A DNA stretch of 63,914 bases, filler included, from Kipferlia bialata (taxonomy: Eukaryota): the NCBI GenBank assembly GCA_003568945.1. It is 4 parts of 4 records of this genome, joined end to end, with 100 filler letters (N's around TTAATTAATTAA, not from the genome) between each part and the next. Parts side by side here need not be neighbours in the genome. Positions count along the whole stretch, not along the records: positions 1 to 31,866 come from BDIP01000097.1; positions 31,967 to 45,890 come from BDIP01000098.1; 2 more parts are not named here. One strand, given 5' to 3'. Shown piece by piece: positions 26,701 to 39,437 of this stretch (positions within the stretch are counted from its first letter, which is position 1; every line of letters begins with the position of its first letter). The translations under genes and the position numbers were made by a program. The notes below the pieces were generated by a model. That model saw nothing but the letters and a program-made list of their open reading frames with translations, did not search any database and was not told the DNA's origin.

Positions 26701-29700
26701 GTGGTCAGATACTGGGAGACACATGCGGAGTGGGGGGTATGGATACACATACATATATATAATCACCACAATCACATTGATGTCACCTTCACTGCGTGAT
26801 TCCCCTGTACATATGCCCATATGTCTAGGCCTGTCTCTATCTGTGTGTCACTGTCCAATCGGCCAGACGCAGAGGTCGGGGTGGGGGGCTGTTCTAGAGA
26901 TGAGGCGAGATTGGGTGTGTTTCATTGCATCAAAGAGACACTGCTCCAAATATACCCTCTATAATATACATACACACATGCCCCCACCTTGTCTAGGCAG
27001 CGACATGCAGGGTGGGGTCAGGTAGTGCTCAGGGTGCATGTCCTCCAGCATGGCACGCCAGGGCAGGGAGAAGAGGTCTCCAGCGGTGCCTGGGTCAGTA
27101 TACTGAACAGCAGAACACGAAACCCCAATACCAAACAGTAGAAGATTGGATAGAGACGAATATATACACATGTAATGAAGCAGTACCTAGACACGCTGCT
27201 GCCATGACGTCCAGCATCCTGAGGGTCCGCCTTGCCTTGTGTCTAAGGGTGTCAGACACATGGGCACGCAGACACGACTCATCCACACACACACTCTGGG
27301 GTGGGTTAAGTAACACGATGCGATGAGATAGAAGAGCCTAAGAGACAAGAGGGAGTAAACAACTGGGGGTGGGATGAATACATCATCATATACCACTCAC
27401 CTGTATGGTGCCTGGTGTGCTTGTGCCTGCCTTGACAATGGCAGACAGCTGGGGGTGAGTACAGGGGGATCGGGGTATGTGGCACTATACAAGAATAGCT
27501 CATTCCCACCTGGTTTCTCTGGCTAGTCACCACCTCAGCCTTGACGAGTGTCTCAATGTCCTAGGGTCAGGGGGAGGGGGTTGTGGAGTAGTTGAACAAT
27601 CCACCTAATAATAATACACTCAAAGTGCAGTCTCCTACCTGCTTTGACGTGACTCTGAGTGTCTCCAGCACTCTCTCTCTCACCACATCCTGCAGCACTC
27701 TGTTGATCATGCCCACATACTCTGGTGTCAGACTTGTGGGTTGCAGAATCGATATATGGAGTCACAGGAATGTGTCAAACTACATACAACACGTGTCACC
27801 TTCTGTACTATCCAGGCTCTCCAGTACACTCTGTGGCGAGTATGACCCATCCCCTGATGGTGTGACATGGGGCAGGGGGGTCACCATGATGTGGGGAGGG
27901 GAGGACAGCTCAAAGAGAGCAACCTGGGGTGAGGGACGATAGTATGTTGAATGTATGTATAGTGTAAGTAATTCACTAGACACCCCCACCTTGAAGCCCT
28001 CCAACAGTCTCTGGGGATCCATGAGGACTGCCTGGGGGGTGATGGACTGAAGCAGACGCACCACCTGAGGCATTAGAGATATAGACACACACACATATAC
28101 ACACACACACATATACACACACACATAAATATACATATACACAATGGATGGTCACCTCCGAGAGTGTTGTCTGGTACTGTCTGACAGACGGACCAAGTAC
28201 GGGGTCCAGGACCTGAGGGTGAGGTAGAGAGAGTATACATGTGTACAGACAACACAACAACATGTATACCGAGAAAACTCCACCAACAGAAAGTGACAGT
28301 AAATGCAGAGCATCAACCACTATGTTCTATCATTGAACACCGCACCATGAGGTTGTCCTGCAGCCATGCTGCCCTGGCCTTGACCTCAGCCTTGCCTATC
28401 CTGAGTACTTCAGACAGTGCATCCCTAGGGCTGTAGTGCACACAGGTCAGGGTGGAGAGGGGGGTGGACCTGGCAGCCAATAGGCTGGTCTGGGGGGTGA
28501 GACCATGGGGCAGGTGGATGGTAGTGCTTATGAGACAACTTTACAAGTGTACACACACCATACCTCGACCTCCTTCTGGACGTCCTTGGGGAGGGTGCCT
28601 TCTTCTCTCCCTGTCACCAGAAGAGCTATGCGTCTTAGGGTCTGGGGTCAGGGAGAGCTGGGATGGCGAATGTTCCAAGAGGTATCAGTGTGTGTGTGCT
28701 CTGGTATATATATATAATGAGAGAGAGACTCGGACCGTACCTCCTGAGCCATGTGCTCATACCCCTTGGCCCTGTCGCCTGTAGGTATGGGGTTAGGGGC
28801 ATTGGTACTGGCATGTCCATCTGTCACACTACCCTCTCTCCCCATATCACCTGACCCATCACTGGATAGGTCGATGCAAGATGCATCCACTGACTCTAAC
28901 TGTATAGTCTCTGGGGTGTGTGTCCCCTCTAGTGAGGCAGGGGCATCAGGATCCCCTGCTATCAACAGCATGGACCCTTCTAGATGGGCACGTCTGTCCT
29001 GCCTCTCACGCTGCCTGGAGTGGGATCGGTCGGTATCACTGCACAGAGAATATATATATATATATAGAAGAATAGTCTCCTACATGTACCTGATGCGCTG
29101 TGTCTCTACCATCAGGATGGACCCTGCCGTGTCGCCAGTCCTGCCACCAGGGCCATCCAACTGGGGGTGAGGGAGATGACATACATATATATACCATAAA
29201 TGCACCATGTGTCCCATACCTCCAGCACTCCTTGGAGAGACAGGGTCTCGGGTAGGCCTGCCACACTCTGGGGGGGGACAGGCACGAAACAGGATGCATG
29301 TAGGGAATAGGTCTCTCCCTGAATGTGAGGCGTTGGCTAGAGGGATGCAAGAGGGTCTAAAGAGTCAGCTTCATCTGGCCTATGACATGTATGACATGTA
29401 CCCCTACATTCCCATCGTACCTGTACTGTGTGGACTGTGACAGTGTGCCTCAGAGGGTTGTACCCTATCAGTGTGCATGCCACCCATGGGTCTCCTCCGT
29501 TTGCCTCGGCAGTCTCTGCGCCAATATCACTAGCACTACCCACATCAGGGTCTGTGTCTGATGGCTCTGTGTCACTGTCATCACCCTCCATGTCTACATC
29601 AACAACCCCATCCACACCTATGGCCAGGGACGGATGCATCTGATAGGGTGAGAGACATGGGACACAGGGACAGGGAGGAGAGGACCTGATGGTATAACAC

Positions 29701-30087
29701 TATACACAATGTATATATGCTACTTCTGCTCCATACCTGTTGGGATGCGGACAGGTACAGAGAGGAGTATGAGGGGACAGAGCAGTACCCAACAGTACCC
29801 TCCCCCGCCCTACCTATCCCACCATCCACTGACATCATGACACTAGCGGGGGAGAGAGAGAGAGAGGGAAGGGGGGTTGTGGCACTGGTATCCCCCTTGT
29901 CCCCTCTGCACAGTAGACTGGGGCACTTGGCCATGCAGTCTCGGAGGGAGGCACTGCGCTGCGCATTGAACCTGGGGTTATGTGGGATATATGAACGGGG
30001 AATGAATGGATGGAAGATAAAATAGATAAGTAGAGAAGATGTGGAACATATAGGAGAGCAGCTCCAAAGTGTAAATTGGGGGTTGGG

Positions 30088-30125
<38 letters not shown>

Positions 30126-30550
30126 AAATGGATAGAGGAAGAGACATCAGAGGCTGCATAGACTGAGAGATGGCACCTGTGCACCCTAGCGGGTAGGGAG
30201 AGCAGAGACATGGAGCTGTGCCTCGGGATGGTCCTATCGGTAGAGGGGTGGAAGGGGGTGTGGGGGCACTCGCATAGGGCGAGAGAGGAGGCTGCCCTGG
30301 GTCCCCCCTTGTGCCCTGTCTCTACACGGGAGGAGAGGGGGGGCGAGGGGGAGGGGGAGGCGTGCATGCTCTGCAGTCCTGCCCTACTCCCCCCCTTGGC
30401 CTTGGCCTTGGCAGATGCAGAGATGGAGATGGGGGAGAGCAGGGGCTGTGTGTGTGTGTGTCTGCGCTGTGTCCTGGACACAGCCGGGTGCCCCATAGCA
30501 TCACTCTCACTCTCTAGCCTAGCCTTTAGACGCCGCAGCACAGACGGAAC
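2758..30550 (-). CDS. Highly divergent dynein heavy chain-like protein, multi-exon (roughly 100 short introns by eye); 5' end uncertain
   Basis: Dynein landmarks occur in the correct order after splicing. Linker: MPTIELVCLLASPALQQRHLDVLESETG and TCGDLLSAG (~23.0-23.3 kb), PHLVPLCDTQDMFHAI (~21.9 kb). AAA1 entry: FGYDWLG (20522-20542), then LARFLGNSLCVV. AAA3: VLTPTNRAF..PAVLTSGRRVGKT (~16.5 kb). AAA5: WRAGLLTHLSADKSAQENRALV (~10.9 kb) and MRMYLTL (~10.35 kb). C-terminus DHWVSAGAHFNIM* (cf. HWIxRGVAL), with TGA at 2758-2760. Confidence 0.75.
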
Positions 30551-30634
30551 CTGCGGTGGGATTGGGGGGGGGGGGGGGGGATTATTTTTGGGACGGGGGG
30601 GGGGGGGGGGCACTGCTTAAGCTTTATATCGCAG

Positions 30635-31771
30635 GGAGAGAGCCTTATGTACAATATAGGCCAGAAAGAGAGAGGCTACGAGCAAGTGATCAATCCAACT
30701 GTCCCACCCCAACAGACCCATTACCATATACCAAAGACTCACTTCTGGCTAAGAACCCTAGAGGTGACGAGGCTGCCACATCCTCTGCCATCCAAAGTGT
30801 ATATCAATGGTCTATCCTGTCACTCCTGTCAAGAGAGTTGGGGTGTGAGTTGTGTCTCGTCTGCACCCTTGTGCTACGCGTTTTTGAGATAGCAGATGCT
30901 ATTGACAATAGCCTATTGTCACATATATATGAGTCTATATCCGGGCTATACGGCTAAAACCGACCCTCCACATCTCTTGCTCAATGCATTATCGACGCCA
31001 AACTCTATAGTTGATGCAGGAAAGCAATTTATTACGCATATATATCAAGACAAAAACTCGAGTCTGAGTCAAAAGGGGCCAGTGATTCCTCAGCGCCTGG
31101 ATCATAGCCTTCCTACAGAGCCTTGTGTAGAGCTGAGGGCACTGTGGTGGCCCTTGGGGACTCACATGGACGATAAACGGCCGGAATGGCTTCCAGTATG
31201 GCGAGAAAAGGCCCTGCTCGATGGAGAGCAGAAGTTGGAGCCTGTTACTGAGCGTTATATGCCTCATAAGGCTCGCCTGGACAAGGAATGTGAGGAGGAA
31301 CCGGAGTTGAGGAACTATCATAGGTAATGGATCTCTCTTGGGTATCCTCGCATGTCTCTGAGGTGCATTGTGTGCCGAACTGTCCACTCCCCATGCTGCA
31401 GTGTTATTAGCCTCTGTCTCTCCCCATTCCGCCATTTAACCACCAGGGTGGGTCTGTTCTATACTGCCCCTGTCCCTGTGCCCGGAGTCCTGTCCCTCCA
31501 GACGCTGCCTATGGAGAAGAGGATAGCCTCTAAGCTACGGAAGAGGGGTGTTCTGATAGCCAATGACAAGATGACGCCTGTGCTGGTGCCTCTGTTCCCA
31601 CCCAAGAGAAGGAAGAGAGAGGGGGAGGGCGAGGAGAATAGTCAGCGCCCCCTGATGGTGGATGACTGCTACCGCTTTGTTAGGAAGCAGCCTAGGCGGT
31701 ATATCAGACGGCTCCAGTACTCTCTTGTCAAGGAGGGGGAGTATCTGCTTCCAAGGTATCTCGGTGCATGA
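30635..31771 (+). CDS. Hypothetical protein, 5'-partial; exons about 30635-30763, 30912-31323, 31447-31771
   Basis: Phase-compatible GT-AG introns (gtgacg..ttgacaatag; gtaatg..ttaaccaccag) join the ORF-track frames into ...AKNPRAYCHIYMSLYPG...RNYHRVGLFYTAP...YLLPRYLGA*. No family recognised. Confidence 0.5.
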
Positions 31772-31866
31772 TGTCATTGGTTCATATAGTCTGTGTGCAG
31801 TAGGGTTGCGGTTGTATTAGCATCTGTACTCCCCCCCCCCCCCCCCCCCCACAATCCTCCCTATTC

Positions 31867-31966
31867 NNNNNNNNNNNNNNNNNNNNNNNNNNNNNNNNNN
31901 NNNNNNNNNNTTAATTAATTAANNNNNNNNNNNNNNNNNNNNNNNNNNNNNNNNNNNNNNNNNNNN
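31867..31966. other. Artificial scaffold spacer (N44-TTAATTAATTAA-N44)
   Basis: Six-frame-stop linker inside an N run, identical to the other two spacers. Confidence 0.97.
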
Positions 31967-31975
31967 AGAGATACC

Positions 31976-32008
<33 letters not shown>

Positions 32009-32126
32009 CATCCTCTTTATCCTCAGTATGCACTAACCCCCAGGCACGGTATCATCGGCCTGGCATATCTCTCTCTCTCTCTCTATATATATAAATATAT
32101 ATATCCATTTGTATACCTTACTCCAG

Positions 32127-32506
32127 GCACGGTATCATCGGCCTGACCCAGTCCGTGGCCGCTGAGAACGTACGTCACACACTATAGAGTATTATGTATA
32201 CTTCTATGAATATGTGAGTGAGTGTGTAAGGGTCGTCTCTAATCCTAAGGTTAGCAACATCAAGGTCAACGCATATACATGTATATGTAGAAATAGACGG
32301 AGAGATGCATATATATAGTGTATATTATGCTTATCATTACTGTCTTACCCCTCAGGTTGGCAACATCAGGGTCAATGCCGTTGCCCCAGGCCTGGTCGAC
32401 ACACCCCTCACATGGTACGCACTAATGTATACATATATATATTGATATATAAACATAACATAATAAATATATTTATTATATATATATAGTATATTTAATT
32501 AATTAG

Positions 32507-32537
<31 letters not shown>

Positions 32538-33051
32538 CCCTCACATGGTACGCATACATATATACTATGTATAGAATTCTACTGTATATATGATACATAT
32601 ACAGGACTATATAATAGAGTGTATATATATGTATCCGTCTGACTATTAGGAACCAGTGCAAGACCATGCGTGACCCCACCGCCCAGTCCTACGACGGTGT
32701 GTGGATCTACGACAAGAACGACATGGAGTACCTCGAGTGCTTTGCCCCCCTCAAGCCTGTACGTATATATATACATACATATATTGTGTGTATATACATA
32801 TATATGTATATATATAAGTAATCTCAAGCGATGCATATAAGGGTGTATGGATATATACCTCGAGTGCTTTGTCACCCTTTAGCCAGTGCGTGTATGTATG
32901 TATATACATATAGATCTCCCTCACCCCCAGAGCATTGAGGCCGGTCTCCCAGGCCACACCATGGTATCCCCCTACGACATCGCCGGTGAGTGCCATATAC
33001 TAGCCATTTGTACTGCTACACACCACCTAACCGCTAAACACTCTCATCTTC

Positions 33052-33094
<43 letters not shown>

Positions 33095-33209
33095 ATATAT
33101 TTATTATATATACTAATCCCTAGACACTGTCATCTTCCTGATGTCTGACAACGCCGCCATGATCTCTGGCACCACGGTCAGCGTGGACAACACAGCTTCT
33201 GCCACCTAA
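32127..33209 (+). CDS. Short-chain dehydrogenase/reductase (SDR), 3' part; exons 32127-32169, 32356-32414, 32650-32758, 32931-32985, 33124-33209
   Basis: Spliced translation HGIIGLTQSVAAEN-VGNIRVNAVAPGLVDTPLTW-...-PYDIADTVIFLMSDNAAMISGTTVSVDNTASAT* matches the classical SDR C-terminal half (IRVNAVAPG, FL.SD....I.G....VD). Confidence 0.88.
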
Positions 33210-33962
33210 GGGGGATATGCACTATGCACAGTACCCTAGAGAGTCTAGAGGGAATAGCTTTGGCTTACCTAACTGTGACTAAGGGGACTATGCACTGAGA
33301 TAGTTGCTTAGACTTACCTAACTGTGTGATGTGTAAATAGATTATTGGAAATCAGCCACAACAGCAGTATATATACAAATGATATATACTGTGTGCAGGG
33401 GTTTCATCTATTTGGATTGATACTGAAGGTACTTTCAAGTTAGGAGCACTGGGGAGGCTAGTACTATGCAGGTCTCCCATTGAAGGGTGGGATGGGAATA
33501 CGCAGTACCTGCAATATTAGACACGTCCTCTCACCATCGGTCAGTGTGTCTACCACATACCTGCCAGAAACTGCAGCAAGGGCAGGAATTCAGCAGCTAT
33601 TCCCCACTATTTATACACCGCGAGTTACCAATCCACTGCTTGTCTCCAGATTCTCGCAAAGCAGTCAGAAATGCTCCATTTCATTCCGAACTGGCTTTGC
33701 ATCTATATTCGCGGTGCTATATGAGTCATACTGACACCACACCATTGCAACATTCCGCGAAATACTCAAAACTCATTTCGTCCGATGGGTGACATGTAAA
33801 ACGTGACAGGCTAACGGAAAAAACGATTTCACGAGGGTTCATTTGCAAGTTTGCCCTAAAAGTGAACACCTCCGATGGCTTCGATGTGCAAAAGCAGGCG
33901 TGACATGCATTGCAACAGCCACGAACCATGCACACTCTTTTCTTTGTGAGACAATAGTGGAG

Positions 33963-36900
33963 ATGTCTGGCGACCTTGTTTTGGATGGACAGGTGATGGG
34001 TTGTGTGTATTTGTAGTGTTTGTAGTCCTGTTTGTAGTACTATTGTGTTGCTGTTCTGGTGTTTGGACTTGTGCTGCAATAGAATGGGCTCATCAGTAGT
34101 CTTGGCATGCAGGGGACCTCATTTGTATGGTTACGTGATGTAATGGTGTGTGATAGTGCTCTATTGTGGCATCGTAGATGGGCGAGGTTTCCAATCAAAT
34201 GTTTAGATTTCGGTCCACACATCTGATATTTGGTGGTATTTGGGCCTATGCACTCTCCACCGGTGTGATTCACCCTCTATATAGGCACTCTGTTGCCGTT
34301 TCTACGTGTATACTGGTATATAAGGCCTCTATATGGGATGCATATCTTCGTATCTTTTACGTCCAATCAATCCAATCAATCATACGATCTGCCCTACTCT
34401 GCATCTCTCCCCCTCTCTCCCCCTCTCTCTCTCCCTGACCCCAGGCATGGTTCAACATCGTCTCTCTCTCTCTTATATATATATATATCTATATTCATAT
34501 ACCTTACTCCAGGCATGGTTCAACATCACCATGCCTCTCTCTCTCTCTCTATATCTCTCTCTATATATATCTCTCTCTATATACATATACCTCACTCCAG
34601 GCATGGTTCAACATCATTCTGGGAGGACTCCTCATGGCAGCAGCATCCGGCACAGGTATATTGGTATATATATATAGTATATATGTAATATATATATATG
34701 TGTATATAGTATAATACATCATATTGGGAGGGCTCCTCATGGCAGCGGCATCCGGCACAGGTATATAGTATATAGTATATAGTATATATGTAGTATATAT
34801 ATATGTGTATATAGTATAATACATCATTCTGGGAGGACTGCTCATGGCAGCAGCATCTGGCACAGGTATATCGGTATATATATATATATATGTGTGTATA
34901 TATGTGTATATATAGTATAATACATCATTGCGGGAGGACTCTTCATGGCAGCAGCATCCGGCACAGGTACTATGCTCCACTCCCCCCCCCCCCCCCCCCC
35001 GCCCCCCCCTCCCCCTCTCTGTATATATGAAGCATCACTCACACCAGTGATGACTGTTCCTGAGACAAAGGACCCAACTGGTCTGTCCTTGGATGATGTG
35101 ACAAAGGTATTCATCATATGTGTCTACAGTGTATAGAGTATATACATCTACTGGAGCTACCCTGGGATGATATGAGTAGAAGGTATACATTTGATACCTA
35201 TCATTGTGCCCCCCCCTCTCCCTGACTCCAGGCATATAAGGCTGTAAAGGATAGCTACCCAGCTGGCCTCATCCTCCCATCTATCTCTTCCTCTCTCTTT
35301 CTCTCTCTGACCCCAGGCCTACAAGGGAGTGAGGGACAGCTTCCCAGCTGGCCTCATCCTCCCAGCTGCGTGTGCCCATACCCTAGTCCCTGCCCTGCAC
35401 ACTCTCTTGACAATACTGGCACCCTTCTTCCATACAGGGATTGACAGCGTGGCAGCTGAGGTACTGACACATTAGAGTGTGTATAGTATATATATACTAT
35501 ATACACTGACCCCCTTCTTCCACACAGGGATAGACAGTGTGGCATCTGAGGTATACATGCAATATTGTATATTCTGACTAATGAGGGTTTCTGTCACACC
35601 CCATGTATTTCTATACACTACTGCCACACCTTGCCCTCATCCACGTTGTTTGTCCCTGCTGTGCTCTCTCTCTCTCTCTCTTACTGTGTACACATATACA
35701 CATATACAATGTATACCCCTACTCACCTAAGTTATGTGTTCCTGGTGTCTTCCAGGACCTCTTCCCCTCTCTACCTGGAGACCTCTTTACTCTTCTTTCA
35801 AAGGGAGAGGCAGTTGAGGCCACCAACACTGTCAAGAGTGGCACTGACACTACCTGGGACTTTGGCACTATAGGTATAGAGTACATACATATGTTAAGAC
35901 ATATCATATGCATTCAACGCGCACTTCTTGTGTTAGTCTCGCTCTCTAGACAGCACAATCTGTCCCATACAAGTTGTATGATACAACACTCTGCATACTA
36001 TTATAGTATGATACTATACATATATTATTGTTATCTGCATGTAGTACTCTGTACCATGTTCTTACTCCGCAGGCGGTACAACTGCTCCTATGACCACGCT
36101 GCTCAATACATACATATTATATGTATGATACATATATATAGTATTGATTATCAGTACCATAAGCAGTTGCTCACCATCCAGGTGGTACAGCTGCTCCCTA
36201 CGACCACTCTGCCTACTTCCCAGTGACAGGGCCAGGCAATGCAATGAGAGGTCCTCTGAGTGGCAACATTGTGGTGCCTACCAATATAGGCAGTCTGGGT
36301 GCTATGTGTCCAACATCACCATCTCCCTCCCTCTCTGATGTGCTGACCAGGGTGGTGGACAGTGAGTACATGCCAGGTAGGAGTAGTATATAAATAGTAT
36401 ATATGTATAGAGGGAGACTCTCTATCCCCTTATCATCTCCAAATTTTTCAAATAGTTCTGATCCTTCTGACCACAGACATACTCTACCCCCAGCTGAAGG
36501 AGACCCTAACCCTCTGTCTCGACATGGTCAGGATAGCGGCAGCCAAGGTATGGATTCACTCAGTATATATATACATATATATACACACACATATATACAT
36601 ATGGAGATGTATATAACACTCTCTCATCTCAGGGCATGGATCAGTATAGTATATAGTATAGTACTTGTATATATATTCGCACTCTCGCTCATCGTCCTCA
36701 TCTCAGGGCATGGGTCAGTGTGTGGCTGCATTCATGCCAGCCGTGAGGTTCCCAAGGTATATGATTGTGTTACATCCTGGATGCTTCTATGTACACCCTA
36801 GCTCAATTATATGTGTACTCTCAGTAATACAGTGAGGATCTCGAGGTGGATGGGTGTATTCACAGGTACAATGTATTTCCACTCCATACACTGTTTCTAT

Positions 36901-39396
36901 CCATTGAAGTACTTCACACACCATCCAAACTCTATCCTTCTGACCCTCAGCCTCAAGAGCGCTATGCCCAATACTCACCATACTTTAGCCGACATTGCCA
37001 TTGTCTTGGATGGATACAGAGAGATGCTGGGAGAGGTGATGCCCCATTTGGTGGAGGGTCTGACTGTATGCACAGGGTCAGACATGGCCACCTATTTAGA
37101 CTGCATAGGCACTGTGTTGGTGGAGGCTGTTGCTGCTGACTGGCTGTATGCACAGTGGGTACCAAAGGTGTACTATTTATATACTATTTATGTATTATTT
37201 ACTTATAGTGTTATATTTTATAAATATATATATATGTATGGGTACCTCCCACAATGTTTGTATACATTTGTATACAATTACATTATGTATTCATAGTGTG
37301 CATCTTACCCTAGGTCGTCGTTGCTGTGAGACAGAGACTCTCTAGCGCAGACCTCTCTGCAGACTGGACTGGGATCAGATCACCTCTGTCTAGCCTGCTG
37401 GAGAGACATTGGGATGCAGTGAGTGGACACCTAGCTGACCCTATGACATCCACCTATCCCCGTACCACAAGTGATTCCCTTGGTGATGTACCACCTGGTG
37501 TATCCCCTGGCCAAGTGTATGCTGACAGGACTGTACTGCACTGTGGACTAGACCTGTTCCACTCTCAGGTATACACTTCCACCCCATCTACTACACTCCA
37601 TCCACTGAAGTATATACTACAACTATCTCTCTTTGACGCGAGATAGTGGGACTAACCCACTTTACCCCTCACTTCAGGTCCTTCACAGTCAGCTTCAGGG
37701 TGTCGACATGCTCTCTGAGCTTGTCCACCTCAGTGACTGTGCACTCACTGTCAGTGCACTTGTGCCTCACTTGGCTGTGGTACCCAAGGCTGTCATGTCG
37801 GAGCAGACCAACAGTAGAGTCGTAAGGTACCTACTGTTAGTCTCTGACATGCCATCTCTAACGTTCTGTCCATATCTCTAACCCCAGGTCCTGCCACGTG
37901 ACACTGTAGCAGTAGATGTATATGTTGGAGTCTCTAACCCTAGGTCCTGCACCCGACTTTGTGTCTACCTGACAGTCAAGGGTGGCCTCCCTAGTGACTT
38001 CTATACCAGCCTGGTCAGAGAGGCATGTAGGGCGGCGACAAGAGGGGAAAGGGGAGAGGTAGGGATATCATCTACCTGTCACCACCCACTATATCACAGG
38101 AGCAAGTACCCTTGTATGCTATTCTGTAGCTAAGTGTCTAACCCCACCAGGTCCTGCTAGAGCTAGTCTCGCACTGCATCCCCGACCTACCTGCATCTGT
38201 GCTAGATTCCATTCTCTCCTGCATCGAGACACACTATCTGGTGCAGTATAAGGGTGTAGGGACAGCCCTAGCCAGCCTTCTCACCCACTGGATATGTGTG
38301 CCATGTGACTGTGTACCCTCTGGTGTATGTACCAGTTGCCATGCACTCCGTACCATCATAGACATGGTATGCAGAAGAGGTGGTCTGGTCAGTAACCACA
38401 CTGCAGTGGTGGAGGCACTTACTGCTAGCGTACCATCTCTGGCTGATATTGAGGCATGTCAGGGTGTGTTCAGGTCCCAGCTCTCTCTGATGCACCATCT
38501 GTTGAACAGGTGTATAGATGGAGAGGGAGAGGGAGAGAGTGAGGTAGAGTGGCAGAGTATGTGTATAGGAGTTAGTGTGGTACACCAGTGGCTACAGCAA
38601 CTAGCCATGGTTCATGGCGCAGGGCATTTCAGGACTGGAGTGTACCCAAGGTATGATAGTTAGACTGTACTACAGTCAATGACTGTAGTAAGACAGTCTG
38701 TCTTCAATATTGAGTATATACTACATCTCAGTCTCTTCCTGTTGTTGAACCTGACTGCAATCATACTTCCTATTCGCTATTATGTTACTATATGTCTCAC
38801 CCTCAGGTTCGAGGCAGGCACCTCGGTGCATAACGCCTGTCCCCGCAGTCTACCATCTGTCTGTCTGGCACTGCTGCAGAGAGTCCCATCAGTAAGTACA
38901 ACCCATACAGAGTGTATATCCACTGGCGATCATGTTCTTGCGCTGATGGAGGTGCTAGAGTGGTACACCAACATGTGTGTGCAGGACACAGGTGTGTCAT
39001 CTGCTCAGCGTAGAAGGCTAGGGGCCCTACTACAGAGTGGCACATATGGCGCTAGTCCCCTCGACATTGTGGGTAGTACCAGCGGCAGCATCTTCGATGG
39101 CCCTAACTGCATCTTCAACCCATCAGGCTTTGGCACTGTCGGGGTCTCTCAGGTGGGAGAGAGTACCCTTGATGGTACCAAGAGTATACGTACGTACCTC
39201 AAGGAGAGTATGGCTGTAGTAGGGTCCCTGGCCAATAGCACAGGGGGAGAGGGAGAGATACCACCCCACATTGCGTCAGTAATCAGTCAGATTGGACACT
39301 TAAACGCCACTCTGTGCAAGGGAAGAGGGATGAAGGGTCTTTGTGATGGGGCCTATGAGGCCATGGTTGGGATGCCAGACACACTATTCAGGTACT

Positions 39397-39437
<41 letters not shown>

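Noticed and set aside
31867..31966. TTAATTAATTAA palindrome within N runs (also 45891-45990 and 55604-55703) as a biological motif
   Set aside because: Identical 100-bp six-frame-stop linkers are an assembly convention. Adjacency of genes across them is not evidence of linkage.
31828..32007. Poly-C/poly-G tracts at contig ends as telomeric or functional G-quadruplex elements
   Set aside because: Similar runs occur inside ordinary introns. Their position at contig ends is explained by sequencing and assembly breaking at homopolymers.
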